NCBI RefSeq assembly: GCF_039654945.1
Contig: NW_027362015.1
Coordinates: forward strand, 992,001-1,056,000
Length of the DNA stretch: 64,000 nt
From: Dendrobates tinctorius
Taxonomy: Eukaryota
Direction of reading: 5' to 3'
Positions within the stretch are counted from its first letter, which is position 1. Every line of letters starts with the position of its first letter. The notes below the pieces were generated by a model. The model was given only the letters and a program-made list of their open reading frames with translations, did not search any database and had not been told where the DNA came from. A program made the translations under genes and the position numbers. Positions 37,021 to 50,700 of this stretch are shown piece by piece.

Positions 37021-38631
37021 CACTACCGTTCAAAAGTTGAGGGTCACTTAGAAATTTCCTTATTTTTGAAAGAAAAGCACAGTTTTTTCCAATGAAGCTA
37101 ACATTAAATCATTCAGAAACACTCTATACATTGTGAATGTGGTAAATGACTATTCTAGCTGCAAACGTCTGATTTGTAATGCAGTATCTTCATAGGTGTA
37201 TAGAGGCCCATTTCCAACAACCATCACTCCAGTATTCTTATGGTACTTTGTGATTGCTTACTGTGTAAGAAGGCTAATGGATGGTTAGAATACTCTTGAA
37301 AACCCTTGTGCAAGTATGTTAGCACTGCTGAAAACAGTTTGGCTGATTAGAGAAGCTATAAACCTGACTTTCCTTTGAGCTAGCTTAGAATCTGCAGCAT
37401 TACATTTGTTGGTTCCATTAAACTCTCAAAATAGGCAGAAAAACAGAACTTTCATGTGAAACTCGACAGTCTATTCTTGTCCTTAGAAATGAAGGCTATT
37501 CCATGCGAGAAATTGCCAAGAAACTGAAGACTTCCTACAACGGTGTGTACTATACTCCCTTCAGAGGAGAGCACAAACAGGCTCTAACCAGAGTAGAAAG
37601 AGAAGTGGGAGGCCCCGCTGCAGAACTGATCAACAAGACAAGTACATTAGTGTCTGTAGTTTGAGAAATCGACACCTCACAGGTCCTCAACTGGCAGCTT
37701 CATTAAATAGTACATGCAAAACGCCAGTGTCAATGTCTACAGTGAAGAGGCGACTCCGGGATGCTGGCCTTCAGGGCAGAGTGGCAAAGAAAAAGCCATA
37801 TCTGAGACTGGCTATTAAAAGGAAAGTATTAATACGGGCAAAAGAACACAGACATTGGACAGAGGAAGATTGGAAAGAAGTGTTATGGACAGACGAATCC
37901 AAGTTTGAGGTGTTTGGATCACACAGAAGAACATTTGTGAGGCGCAGAACAACTGAAAAGATGCTGGAAGAGTGCCTGACGCCTTCTGTCAAGCATGGTG
38001 GAGGCAATGTGATGGTCTGGGGTTGCTTTGGTGCTGGTAAAGTGGGAGATTTGTACAAGCTAAAAGGGATTTTGAATAAGGAAGACTATCACTCCATTTT
38101 GCAACGCCATGCCCTGTGGACAGCGCTTGATTGGAGCCAATTTCATCCTATAAAAGGACAATGACCCAAAGCACACCTCCAAATTATGCAAAAACTATTT
38201 AGGGAAGAAGCCGGCAGCTGGTATTCTGTCTGTAATGGAGCGGCCAACGCCGTTACCAGATCTCAACCCCATTGAGCTGTTGTGGGAGCAGCTTGACCGT
38301 ATGGTGCGCAAAACGTGACCAACAAGCCAAACCAACTTGTGGGAGGGGCTTCTGGAAGCATGGGGTGAAATTTCTCCAGATTACTGCAGCAAATTAACTG
38401 CTAGAATGCCAAAGGTCTTCAATGCTAGAACTGCTGCAAAGGAGCATTCTGTGCCGAAAGCAAAGTGTGAAGGAGAAAATTATTATTTCACATAAAAATC
38501 TTTTTTCCAACCTTGTCAATGTCTGGACGAGATTCTCAATTCATTTGGCAACTCATGTGATTAATAAAAGTATGAGTCTTCATGGAAAACACAAAATTGT
38601 CTGGGTGACCCCAAACTTTTGAACGGTAGTG
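37021..38631 (+). mobile_element. Full-length Tc1/mariner element with disrupted transposase, in the SCX intron
   Basis: TIR CACTACCGTTCAAAAGTT with TA flanks; WTDESKF, KHGGGNVMVWGCF and PDLNPIELLW motifs; frameshifts. Confidence 0.93.
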
Positions 38632-38749
38632 TACATTATTTTCAAAGAATTTTAGTTTCCTTATCAGAAACTGTCAAATGGTAACTGCTAGCAGCGAGAG
38701 GAGTAATAGGGGGAGGTGAGCGAGGTGGCACGGGGGGCTGCGGGGTGCA

Positions 38750-40325
38750 TTGCAAGATAGAGCGTTACACCATCCAGGACAGAGCAACAACGTGGCGGAA
38801 CCTGGAGTGTGGAGGGAGCAATACAAGAGCGTTACGCCATCCAGGACAGACCAGAAACATGGAGGAACCTGGAGTGTGGAGGGGCGCAATACAAGAGCGT
38901 TACGCCATCCAGGGCAGACCAGAAACGTGGAGGGGCGCAATACAAGAGTGTTACGCCATCCAGGACAGACCAGAAACGTGGAGGAACCTGGAGTGTGGAG
39001 GGGCGCAATACAAGAGCGTTATACCATCCAGGACAGACCAGAAACGTGGAGGAACCTGGAGTGTAGAGGGGCGCAATACAAGAGTGTTACGCCATCCAGG
39101 ACAGACCTGAAACGTGGAGGAACCTGGAGTGTGGAGGGGCGCGATACAAGAGCGTTCCGCCATCCAGGACAGACCAGAAACGTGGAGGAACCTGGAGTGT
39201 GGAGGGGCGCAATACAAGAGCGTTCCGCCATCCAGGACAGACCAGAAACGTGGAGGGGCGCAATACAAGAGTGTTACGCCATCCAGGACAGACCTGAAAC
39301 GTGGAGGAACCTGGAGTGTGGAGGGGCGCGATACAAGAGCGTTCCGCCATCCAGGACAGACCAGAAACGTGGAGGAACCTGGAGTGTGGAGGGGCGCAAT
39401 ACAAGAGCGTTCCGCCATCCAGGACAGACCAGAAACGTGGAGGGGCGCAATACAAGAGCGTTACGCCATCCAGGACAGACCTGAAACGTGGAGGAACCTG
39501 GAGTGTGGAGGGGCGCAATACAAGAGCCTTCCGCCATCCAGGACAGACCAGAAATGTGGAGGAACCTGGAGTGTGGAGGGGCGCAATACGAGAGCGGTAT
39601 ACCATCCAGGACAGACCAGAAACGTGGAGGCACCTGGAGTGTGGAGGGGCGCAATACAAGAGCGTTCCGCCATCCAGGACAGACCAGAAACGTGGAGGGG
39701 CGCAATACAAGAGCGTTACGCCATCCAGGACAGACCTGAAACGTGGAGGAACCTGGAGTGTGGAGGGGCGCAATACAAGAGCCTTCCGCCATCCAGGACA
39801 GACCAGAAATGTGGAGGAACCTGGAGTGTGGAGGGGCGCAATACGAGAGCGGTATACCATCCAGGACAGACCAGAAACGTGGAGGAACCTGGAGTGTGGA
39901 GGGGCGCAATACAAGAGCGTTCCGCCATCCAGGACAGACCAGAAACGTGGAGGGGCGCAATACAAGAGCGTTACGCCATCCAGGACAGACCTGAAACGTG
40001 GAGGAACCTGGAGTGTGGAGGGGCGCAATACAAGAGCCTTCCGCCATCCAGGACAGACCAGAAACGTGGAGGGGCGCAATACAAGAGCGTTACACCATCC
40101 AGGACAGACCAGAAACGTGGAGGAACCTGGAGTGTGGAGGGGGGCAATACACGAGCGTTACACCATCCAGGACAGACCAGAAACATGGAGGGCCGAGGGA
40201 CGCAATACAAGAGCGTTAGACCATCCAGGACAGAGCCGCAACGTGGAGGAACCTGGAATATGGGGGCCGAGGGTCGCAATACAAGAGAGAGTTAAACCAT
40301 TCAGGACAGAGCAGAAACGTGGAGG
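38750..40325. repeat. 68-bp/51-bp minisatellite
   Basis: Unit GCGCAATACAAGAGCGTTACGCCATCCAGGACAGACCAGAAACGTGGAGG(AACCTGGAGTGTGGAGG)G. Confidence 0.93.
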
Positions 40326-40387
40326 GGGCTGGCCCACGCCGCTGACATTCCTGTCAATCATGATAATATTAAAAACCTCAGCTATAA

Positions 40388-40743
40388 GGCTGCATGCACA
40401 CGTTGCAGATTCACCTGCGGAATTTTTCGCGCGGATTTAGCAAAATCTGCAGGTCAAAAGACCTGCGGTTTATCTGTGGATTAGCCTGCGGTTTACCCCT
40501 GCGGTTTCACACCTCTACAATGGAGAAGGTGTGAAACCGCTGTGGATTCCGCAGAAAGAAGTGACATGCTGCGAATTTGAAACCGTAGCAAATCCGCACA
40601 GAAAATTTCGCAGCATGTGCACTGCGGTTTTTGATTTCTATAGGTTATAATGGTACTGTACACCACAGCAAAAACTGCTGCAGATCCGCAGGGCTTAATC
40701 CACTGCAGATCCGCAGCAGAATCCGCAGCGTGTGCACATACCC
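40388..40743. mobile_element. PIF/Harbinger-type MITE (same family as 3575-3894)
   Basis: GGCTGCATGCACACG...CGTGTGCACATACCC with TAA duplication. Confidence 0.85.
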
Positions 40744-40923
40744 TAAGAAGTGTGGCTGCTTGGAGTTGGTATCCTGTTTACAAACGCTGATCACAAAGTC
40801 GGGGAATATTGCCCTGCACCGCACAATCTGTTGAGCCTGACCTCACACAATGCACTGATCTCCACTGACATGCATCCTGCAGCTTTAGGTGTGACTGGAT
40901 GATAAGACTTCAGGATACAGGAA

Positions 40924-43900
40924 TATAGTATATACCCAGGAGGACAGTGAGGAGGAGCGGACACTTCTAGTCCTGTCCTGTACTGATGTATATAGTATAT
41001 ACCCAGGAGGACGGTGAGGAGGAGCGGACACTTCTAGTCCTGTCCTGTAGTGATGTATACAGTATATACCCAGGAGGACGGTGAGGAGGAGCGGACACTT
41101 CTAGTCCTGTCCTGTACTGATGTATATAGTATATACCCAGGAGGATGGTGAGGAGGAGCGGACACTTCTAGTCCTGTCCTGTAGTGATGTATATAGTATA
41201 TACCCAGGAGGAAGGTGAGCAGGAGCGGACACTTCTAGTCCTGTAGTGATGTATATAGTATATACCCAGGAGGACGGTGAGGAGGAGCGGACACTTCTAG
41301 TCCTGTCCTGTACTGATGTATATAGTATATACCCAGGAGGACGGTGAGGAGGAGCGGACACTTCTAGTCCTGTCCTGTAGTGATGTATACAGTATATACC
41401 CAGGAGGATGGTGAGGAGGAGCGGACACTTCTAGTCCTGTCCTGTACTGATGTATATAGTATATACCCAGGAGGATGGTGAGGAGGAGCGGACACTTCTA
41501 GTCCTGTCCTGTAGTGATGTATACAGTATATACCCAGGAGGATGGTGAGGAGGAGCGGACACTTCTAGTCCTGTCCTGTAGTGATGTATACAGTATATAC
41601 CCAGGAGGACGGTGAGGAGGAGCGGACACTTCTAGTCCTGTCCTGTACTGATGTATATAGTATATACCCAGGAGGATGGTGAGGAGGAGCGGACACTTCT
41701 AGTCCTGTCCTGTAGTGATGTGTATAGTATATACCCAGGAGGATGGTGAGGAGGAGCGGACACTTCTAGTCCTGTCCTGTAGTGATGTATATAGTATATA
41801 CCCAGGAGGACGGTGAGGAGGAGCGGACACTTCTAGTCCTGTCCTGTAGTGATGTATATAGTATATACCCAGGAGGACGGTGAGGAGGAGCGGACACTTC
41901 TAGTCCTGTCCTGTACTGATGTATATAGTATATACCCAGGAGGACGGTGAGGAGGAGCGGACACTTCTAGTCCTGTCCTGTACTGATGTATATAGTATAT
42001 ACCCAGGAGGACGGTGAGGAGGAGCGGACACTTCTAGTCCTGTCCTGTAGTGATGTATATAGTATATACCCAGGAGGACGGTGAGGAGGAGCGGACACTT
42101 CTAGTCCTGTCCTGTAGTGATGTATATAGTATATACCCAGGAGGACGGTGAGGAGGAGCGGACACTTCTAGTCCTGTCCTGTAGTGATGTATATAGTATA
42201 TACCCAGGAGGACGGTGAGGAGGAGCGGACACTTCTAGTCCTGTCCTGTAGTGATGTATATACCCAGGAGGACGGTGAGGAGGAGCGGACACTTCTAGTC
42301 CTGTAGTGATGTATACAGTATATACCCAGGAGGACGGTGAGGAGGAGCGGACACTTCTAGTCCTGTCCTGTCCTGTAGTGATGTATATAGTATATACCCA
42401 GGAGGACGGTGAGGAGGAGCGGACACTTCTAGTCCTGTCCTGTAGTGATGTATATAGTATATACCCAGGAGGACGGTGAGGAGGAGCGGACACTTCTAGT
42501 CCTGTCCTGTAGTGATGTATATAGTATATACCCAGGAGGACGGTGAGGAGGAGCGGACACTTCTAGTCCTGTCCTGTAGTGATGTATATAGTATATACCC
42601 AGGAGGACGGTGAGGAGGAGCGGACACTTCTAGTCCTGTCCTGTAGTGATGTATATAGTATATACCCAGGAGGACGGTGAGGAGGAGCGGACACTTCTAG
42701 TCCTGTCCTGTAGTGATGTATATAGTATATACCCAGGAGGACGGTGAGGAGGAGCGGACACTTCTAGTCCTGTCCTGTAGTGATGTATATAGTATATACC
42801 CAGGAGGATGGTGAGGAGGAGCGGACACTTCTAGTCCTGTCCTGTAGTGATGTATATAGTATATACCCAGGAGGACTGTGAGGAGGAGCGGACACTTCTA
42901 GTCCTGTCCTGTAGTGATGTATATACCCAGGAGGACGGTGAGGAGGAGCGGACACTTCTAGTCCTGTCCTGTAGTGATGTATATAGTATATACCCAGGAG
43001 GACGGTGAGGAGGAGCGGACACTTCTAGTCCTGTAGTGATGTATACAGTATATACCCAGGAGGACGGTGAGGAGGAGCGGACACTTCTATTCCTGTCCTG
43101 TAGTGATGTATATAGTATATACCCAGGAGGTCTGTGAGGAGGGCGGACACTTCTAGTCCTGCCCTGTACTGATGTATATAGTATATACCCAGGAGGATGG
43201 TGAGGAGGAGCGGACACTTCTAGTCCTGTCCTGTAGTGATGTATATAGTATATACCCAGGAGGACGGTGAGGAGGAGCGGACACTTCTAGTCCTGTCCTG
43301 TAGTGATGTATATACCCAGGAGGACGGTGAGGAGGAGCGGACACTTCTAGTCCTGTCCTGTAGTGATGTATATAGTATATACCCAGGAGGACGGTGAGGA
43401 GGGCGGACACTTCTAGTCCTGCCCTGTACTGATGTATATAGTATATACCCAGGAGGACGGTGAGGAGGAGTGGACACTTCTAGTCCTGTCCTGTAGTAAT
43501 GTATATAGTATATACCCAGGAGGACGGTGAGGAGGAGCGGACACTTCTAGCCCTATCCTGTAGTGATGTATATACCCAGGAGGACGGTGAGGAGGAGCGG
43601 ACACTTCTAGTCCTGTCCTGTACTGATGTATATAGTATATACCCAGGAGGATGGTGAGGAGGAGCGGACACTTCTAGTCCTGTCCTGTAGTGATGTATAT
43701 AGTATATACCCAGGAGGATGGTGAGGAGGAGCGGACACTTCTAGTCCTGTAGTGATGTATATAGTATATACCCAGGAGGACGGTGAGGAGGAGCGGACAC
43801 TTCTAGTCCTGTCCTGTAGTGATGTATATAGTATATACCCAGGAGGACTGTGAGGAGGAGCGGACACTTCTAGTCCTGTCCTGTAGTGATGTATATAGTA

Positions 43901-45008
43901 TATACCCAGGAGGACGGTGAGGAGGAGTGGACACTTCTAGTCCTGTCCTGTAGTGATGTATATAGTATATACCCAGGAGGACGGTGAGGAGGAGCGGACA
44001 CTTCTAGTCCTGTAGTGATGTATACAGTATATACCCAGGAGGATGGTGAGGAGGAGCGGACACTTCTAGTCCTGTCCTGTAGTGATGTATATAGTATATA
44101 CCCAGGAGGATGGTGAGGAGGAGCGGACACTTCTAGCCCTATCCTGTAGTGATGTATATAGTATATACCCAGGAGGACGGTGAGGAGGAGCGGACACTTC
44201 TAGTCCTGTCCTGTAGTGATGTATATAGTATATACCCAGGAGGACGGTGAGGAGGAGCGGACACTTCTAGTCCTGTCCTGTAGTGATGTATATAGTATAT
44301 ACCCAGGAGGACGGTGAGGAGGAGCGGACACTTCTAGTCCTGTCCTGTAGTAATGTATATAGTATATACCCAGAAGGATGGTGAGGAGGAGCGGACACTT
44401 CTAGCCCTATCCTGTAGTGATGTATATAGTATATACCCAGGAGGACGGTGAGGAGGAGCGGACACTTCTAGTCCTGTCCTGTAGTGATGTATATAGTATA
44501 TACCCAGGAGGACGGTGAGGAGGAGCGGACACTTCTAGTCCTGTCCTGTAGTGATGTATATAGTATATACCCAGGAGGACGGTGAGGAAGAGCGGACACT
44601 TCTAGTCCTGTTCTGTAGTAATGTATATAGTATATACCCAGGAGGACGGTGAGGAGGAGCGGACACTTCTAGTCCTGTTATGTAGTGATGTATATAGTAT
44701 ATACCCAGGAGGATGGTGAGGAGGAGCGGTCACTTCTAGTCCTGTCCTGTAGTGATGTATATAGTATATACCCAGGAGGACAGTGAGGAGGAGCGGTCAC
44801 TTCTAGTCCTGTCCTGTAGTGATGTATATAGTATATACCCAGGAGGACGGTGAGGAGGAGCGGACACTTCTAGTCCTGTTATGTAGTGATGTATATAGTA
44901 TATACCCAGGAGGATGGTGAGGAGGAGCGGTCACTTCTAGTCCTGTCCTGTAGTGATGTATATAGTATATACCCAGGAGGACAGTGAGGAGGAGCGGACA
45001 CTTCTAGT
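40924..45008 (+). repeat. 67-bp satellite array, ~60 copies (left arm of a large inverted repeat)
   Basis: Unit TATAGTATATACCCAGGAGGACGGTGAGGAGGAGCGGACACTTCTAGTCCTGTCCTGTAGTGATGTA. Confidence 0.97.
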
Positions 45009-45020
45009 CATTCTAGGGTA

Positions 45021-46450
45021 CAATGTCTTGAGTCTTCCTACCCTGTGACCTTTTCTACATCTTTCACATTATACCTGTAAGCTTAAGGCTGTGTGCCCAC
45101 GTAGCGTTTTTTTAAGCGTTTTTGCTGCGTTTTTCGGGGTCAAACCGCATAAAAAACGCTTAAAAGAAGCATCCCATTCATTTAAATCCATTTTGGCCTT
45201 TTTGTGCCAATGGATGCGTTTTTTACCGCTAAAGAGACGCTTAGCGGTAAAAAGTGCAGCATGTTCATTAATTTCCGCTTAGGTCTGCGTTTTTGGCTAT
45301 TTCCTATAGTCCAAAAGATGCACGGAAAAAAAGCGCGTTTTCTGGGAAGGAGAACCCGTTTCCTGAGCGTTTAAAAAACTCTACGTGGGCACATAGCCTT
45401 AATGTATTTTTTGTGATACAACACAGTGTTTGTGACGTGTAAAGAAAATTATACAGAGTTTTCTAAACATTTTAACAATATAAATAATTATATCTATTCA
45501 GCCCCCTGTAGTCTGATGCCCCCAGAACTGACTTAATTAGTACATAGCGTTCACCTAGGTGATTTCTTCTCTGTATAACTACAGCTGTTTTCTGAAGGTT
45601 TGTGTGAGAACATTAGGGATCAAACAGCATCATAAAAAACAAAGGAACCCACCAGACAGGTCAGGGATAAAGTGGCGGAGAAGATGAAAGCAGAGAGAGA
45701 TTATATAAATAGCCCAAACACTGAACATTTCACAGAGCATCAATCCATCATCCAAGAATGGAAGGTGTATGGCCCAACTGAAAACCTATCAAGACATGTG
45801 TGTTCACCTCACGTGACATCCCAAGCAAAGAGAGCGTTAATTAGAGAAGCAGCCGAGAGACCTGTGGTCATGGGGAGCGACCCCGATCCACAGCTCAGGT
45901 GGGAGAATTTGTCCATAAGACAGATATTAGTCGTGTTCTCCATAAATCTAACCTTAATGGATGGGTGGCAAGAAGAAGTCATTTGTGAAAGCCTTAAGTC
46001 CTGTTTTCAGTTTGCAGAAAGCCATGACAAAATGAGCATGTGGAGGAAGGGGCCCTGGTCAAATGAGACCAATAAATTACTTTTTGGGCTAAATATAGAA
46101 CACTATGTCTGGTGGAAAACTAACAATGCACATCACCCTGAAAACATCATCGCCACCATCACACATGGTCGTGGCAGCCTCCTGCTGTGGGGAGGCTTTT
46201 CTTCAGCAGGGGCAGAAAAGCTGGTCAAAGGTGATGGGAAGATGGATGGAGCTAAACACAGAGCAATCCAGGAGGAAAACCTGCCAGAGGCTGCAGAAGA
46301 CTTCAGACTGGGGTGTAGGTTCACCTTCCAGCGGACAGTGACCCTCAACATCCTGCCAGGGCTACAATGGAGGGTTTAGATGAGAGCATATTCATGAGTG
46401 TGAACTTCCCAGTCACCATCCAGACCCAAATCCCAGAGAATCTGTGAAAA
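45021..46450 (+). mobile_element. Old degenerate Tc1-like element
   Basis: ORF 45672-46379 with WSNET, HGRGSLLLWGGFS and KMDGAKHR..ENL transposase-like motifs. Boundaries approximate. Confidence 0.75.
45087..45398. mobile_element. MITE (Harbinger-like termini)
   Basis: GGCTGTGTGCCCACGTAG...CTACGTGGGCACATAGCC flanked by TTAA on both sides. Confidence 0.85.
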
Positions 46451-46589
46451 TTGCTGATCACAGAAAGAGATGAGCGAATTTGTTCGGAATTGATCGCCAC
46501 AGTTGAATTTGCTATATTCGTGCTTCTGTTGGTACCCTATTTGTGCTGAATTTGTTTGAAGATTGGGTCCGAACATATATGGTCATTTC

Positions 46590-47655
46590 GCTGTGTCTAA
46601 CATCATGTTCTCACAACATCTGAAAGTGAACCTGTCAAAGACTGAACTCCTTGTGTTTCCTCCCGCTACTAATGTACCTATACCCAACATTTCCATTTCC
46701 GTGTGTGGTTCCACTATTACTCCCCAGCAACAGGCCCGCTGTCTTAGGGTCATACTTGACTCCACATTCGATCACTGTCTCGCTCTTGTTATCTGCACCT
46801 CAAAAACATTTCTAGAATTCGATCTTTTCTTACTTTTGACTCCGCAAAAACTCTTACTGTTTCTCTTATTCATTCTCGTCTGGACTATGTAACTCTCTTC
46901 TAATCGGTCTCCCTCTTACCAAACTCTCCCCCCTCCAGTCTGTCTTGAATGCTGCAGCCAGGATCATATTCCTCACCAATCGTTACACCGATGCCTCTAC
47001 CTTGTGCCAGTCATTACACTGGCTACCTATCCACTCCAGAATTCAGTATAAACTTATTACCCTCACCCACAAAGCTCTTCATGGCTCAGCACCACCCTAC
47101 ATCTCCTCCCTTGTTTCAGTATCCCACCCTACCCGCGCCCTCCGTTCTGCTGATGACCTGAGGTTAGCATCCTCAATAATCAGAACCTCCCACTCCCGTC
47201 TCCAAGACTTTACACGTGCTGCGCCAATTCTTTGGAATGCACTTCCCAGGTCAATACGATTAGTCACCAATCCCCAAGTTTAAGCGTGCCCTGAAAACTC
47301 ATTTATTCAGACTGGCCTATCGCCTCAACACATTAACCTAATCTGTCCCTGGGTGGCACAGCCAAACGTTTTACCATAATCAGGTTCCCCGCATCATGTT
47401 CCCACATGCTTTATGCATCCATTAGCCCTCTGTGTCTGTACTGTTACACACTTAACATTATGGCTGGTCCATACAATCAAGGCAACTGTTACCACCCATC
47501 TTTCGTGTTTACCTCTTTCCTCATAGACTGTAAGCTTGCGAGCAGGGCCCTCATTCCTCTTGGTATCTGTTATCATCTATGTGATTATTGTTATGCTGTA
47601 ATGTCTATTGTCTGTACAAATCCCCTCTGAAATGTAAAGTGCTGCGGAATATGTC
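46590..47655 (+). mobile_element. Degenerate L2 3' fragment
   Basis: LKVNLSKTELLVF, NAAARIIF, LHWLPI and SRLQDF motifs; L2-type 3' UTR. Confidence 0.85.
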
Positions 47656-47720
47656 GGCGGGGAGAGAGACACCCCAAAAGACTGCAGCATAGAAAGGGGG
47701 TAGAGACAGACCCCAAAAGA

Positions 47721-50700
47721 CTATATACTTCACTACAGGACAGGACTAGAAGTGTCTGCTCCTCCTCACCATCCACCTGGGTATATACTATATACATCAC
47801 TACAGGACAGGACTAGAAGCGTCCGCTCCTCCTCACCATCCTCCTGGGTATATACTATATACATCACTACAGGACAGGACTAGAAGCGTTTGCTCCTCCT
47901 CACCATCCACCTGGGTATATACTATATACATCACTACAGGACAGGACTAGAAGTGTCCGCTCCTCCTCACCATCCTCCTGGGTATATACTATATACATCA
48001 CTACAGGACAGGACTAGAAGTGTCCGCTCCTCCTCACCGTCCTCCTGGGTATATACTATATACATCACTACAGGACAGGACTAGAAGTGTCCGCTCCTCC
48101 TCACCATCCTCCTGGGTATATACTATATACATCACTACAGGACAGGACTAGAAGTGTCCGCTCCTCCTCACCGTCCACCTGGGTATATACTATATACATC
48201 ACTACAGGACAGGACTAGAAGTGTCCGCTCATCCTCACCGTCCTCCTGGGTATATACTATATACATCACTACAGGACAGGACTAGAAGTGTCCGCTCCTC
48301 CTCACCGTCCTCCTGGGTATATACTGTATACATCACTACAGGACAGGACTAGAAGTGTCCGCTCCTCCTCACCGTCCTCCTGGGTATATACTATATACAT
48401 CACGACAGGACTAGAAGTGTCTGCTCCTCCTCACCATCCACCTGGGTATATACTATATACATCACTACAGGACAGGACTAGAAGTGTCCGCTCCTCCTCA
48501 CCATCCACCTGGGTATATACTATATACATCACTACAGGACAGGACTAGAAGTGTCCGCTCATCCTCACCGTCCTCCTGGGTATATACTATATACATCACT
48601 ACAGGACAGGACTAGAAGTGTCCGCTCCTCCTCACCATCCACCTGGGTATATACTATATACATCACTACAGGACAGGACTAGAAGTGTCCGCTCCTCCTC
48701 ACCATCCTCCTGGGTATATACTATATACATCACTACAGGACAGGACTAGAAGTGTCCGTTCCTCCTCACCGTCCTCCTGGGTATATACTATATACATCAC
48801 TACAGGACAGGACTAGAAGTGTCTGCTCCTCCTCACCGTCCACCTGGGTATATACTATATACATCACTACAGGACAGGACTAGAAGTGTCCGCTCCTCCT
48901 CACCGTCCACCTGGGTATATACTATATACATCACTACAGGACAGGACTAGAAGTGTCCGCTCATCCTCACCGTCCTCCTGGGTATATACTATATACATCA
49001 CTACAGGACAGGACTAGAAGTGTCCGCTCCTCCTCACCGTCCTCCTGGGTATATACTATATACACATCACTACAGGACAGGACTAGAAGTGTCCGCTCCT
49101 CCTCACCGTCCTCCTGGGTATATACTATATACATCACTACATGACAGGACTAGAAGTGTCCGCTCCTCCTCACCGTCCTCCTGGGTATATACTATATACA
49201 TCACTACAGGACAGGACTAGAAGTGTCCGCTCCTCCTCACCGTCCTCCTGGGTATATACTATATACATCACTACAGGACAGGACTAGAAGTGTCCGCTCC
49301 TGCTCACCGTCCTCCTATGTATATACTATATACATCACTACAGGACTAGAAGTGTCCGCTCCTGCTCACCATCCTCCTGGGTATATACTATATACATCAC
49401 TACATGACAGGACTAGAAGTGTCCGCTCCTCCTCACCGTCCTCCTGGGTATATACTATATACATCACTACAGGACAGGGCTAGAAGTGTCCGCTCCTCCT
49501 CACCGTCCTCCTGGGTATATACTATATACATCACTACATGACAGGACTAGAAGTGTCCGCTCCTCCTCACCGTCCTCCTGGGTATATACTATATACATCA
49601 CTACAGGACAGGGCTAGAAGTGTCCGCTCCTCCTCACCGTCCTCCTGGGTATATACTATATACATCACTACAGGACAGGACTAGAAGTGTCCGCTCCTCC
49701 TCACCATCCTCCTGGGTATATACTATATACATCAGTACAGGACAGGACTAGAAGTGTCCACTCCTCCTCACCATCCTCCTGGGTATATACTATATACATC
49801 AGTACAGGACAGGACTAGAAGTGTCCGCTCCTCCTCACCGTCCTCCTGGGTATATACTATATACACATCACTACAGGACAGGACTAGAAGTGTCCGCTCC
49901 TCCTCACCATCCTCCTGGGTATATACTATATACATCAGTACAGGACAGGACTAGAAGTGTCCGCTCCTCCTCACCGTCCTCCTGGGTATATACTATATAC
50001 ACATCACTACAGGACAGGACTAGAAGTGTCCGCTCCTCCTCACCGTCCTCCTGGGTATATACTATATACATCACTACATGACAGGACTAGAAGTGTCCGC
50101 TCCTCCTCACCGTCCTCCTGGGTATATACTATATACATCACTACAGGAAAGGACTAGAAGTGTCCGCTCCTCCTCACCGTCCTCCTGGGTATATACTATA
50201 TACATCACTACAGGACAGGACTAGAAGTGTCCGCTCCTCCTCACCGTCCTCCTGGGTATATACTATATACATCACTACAGGACTAGAAGTGTCCGCTCCT
50301 GCTCACCATCCTCCTGGGTATATACTATATACATCACTACATGACAGGACTAGAAGTGTCCGCTCCTCCTCACCGTCCTCCTGGGTATATACTATATACA
50401 TCACTACAGGACAGGACTAGAAGTGTCCGCTCCTCCTCACCGTCTTCCTGGGTATATACTGCACACATCACTACAGGACAGGACTAGAAGTGTCCGCTCC
50501 TCCTCACCGTCCTCCTGGGTATATACTATATACATCACTACGGGACAGGACTAGAAGTGTCCGCTCCTCCTCACCGTCCTCCTGGGTATATACTATATAC
50601 ATCACTACAGGACAGGGCTAGAAGTGTCCGCTCCTCCTCACCGTCCTCCTGGGTATATACTGCACACATCACTACAGGACAGGACTAGAAGTGTCCGCTC

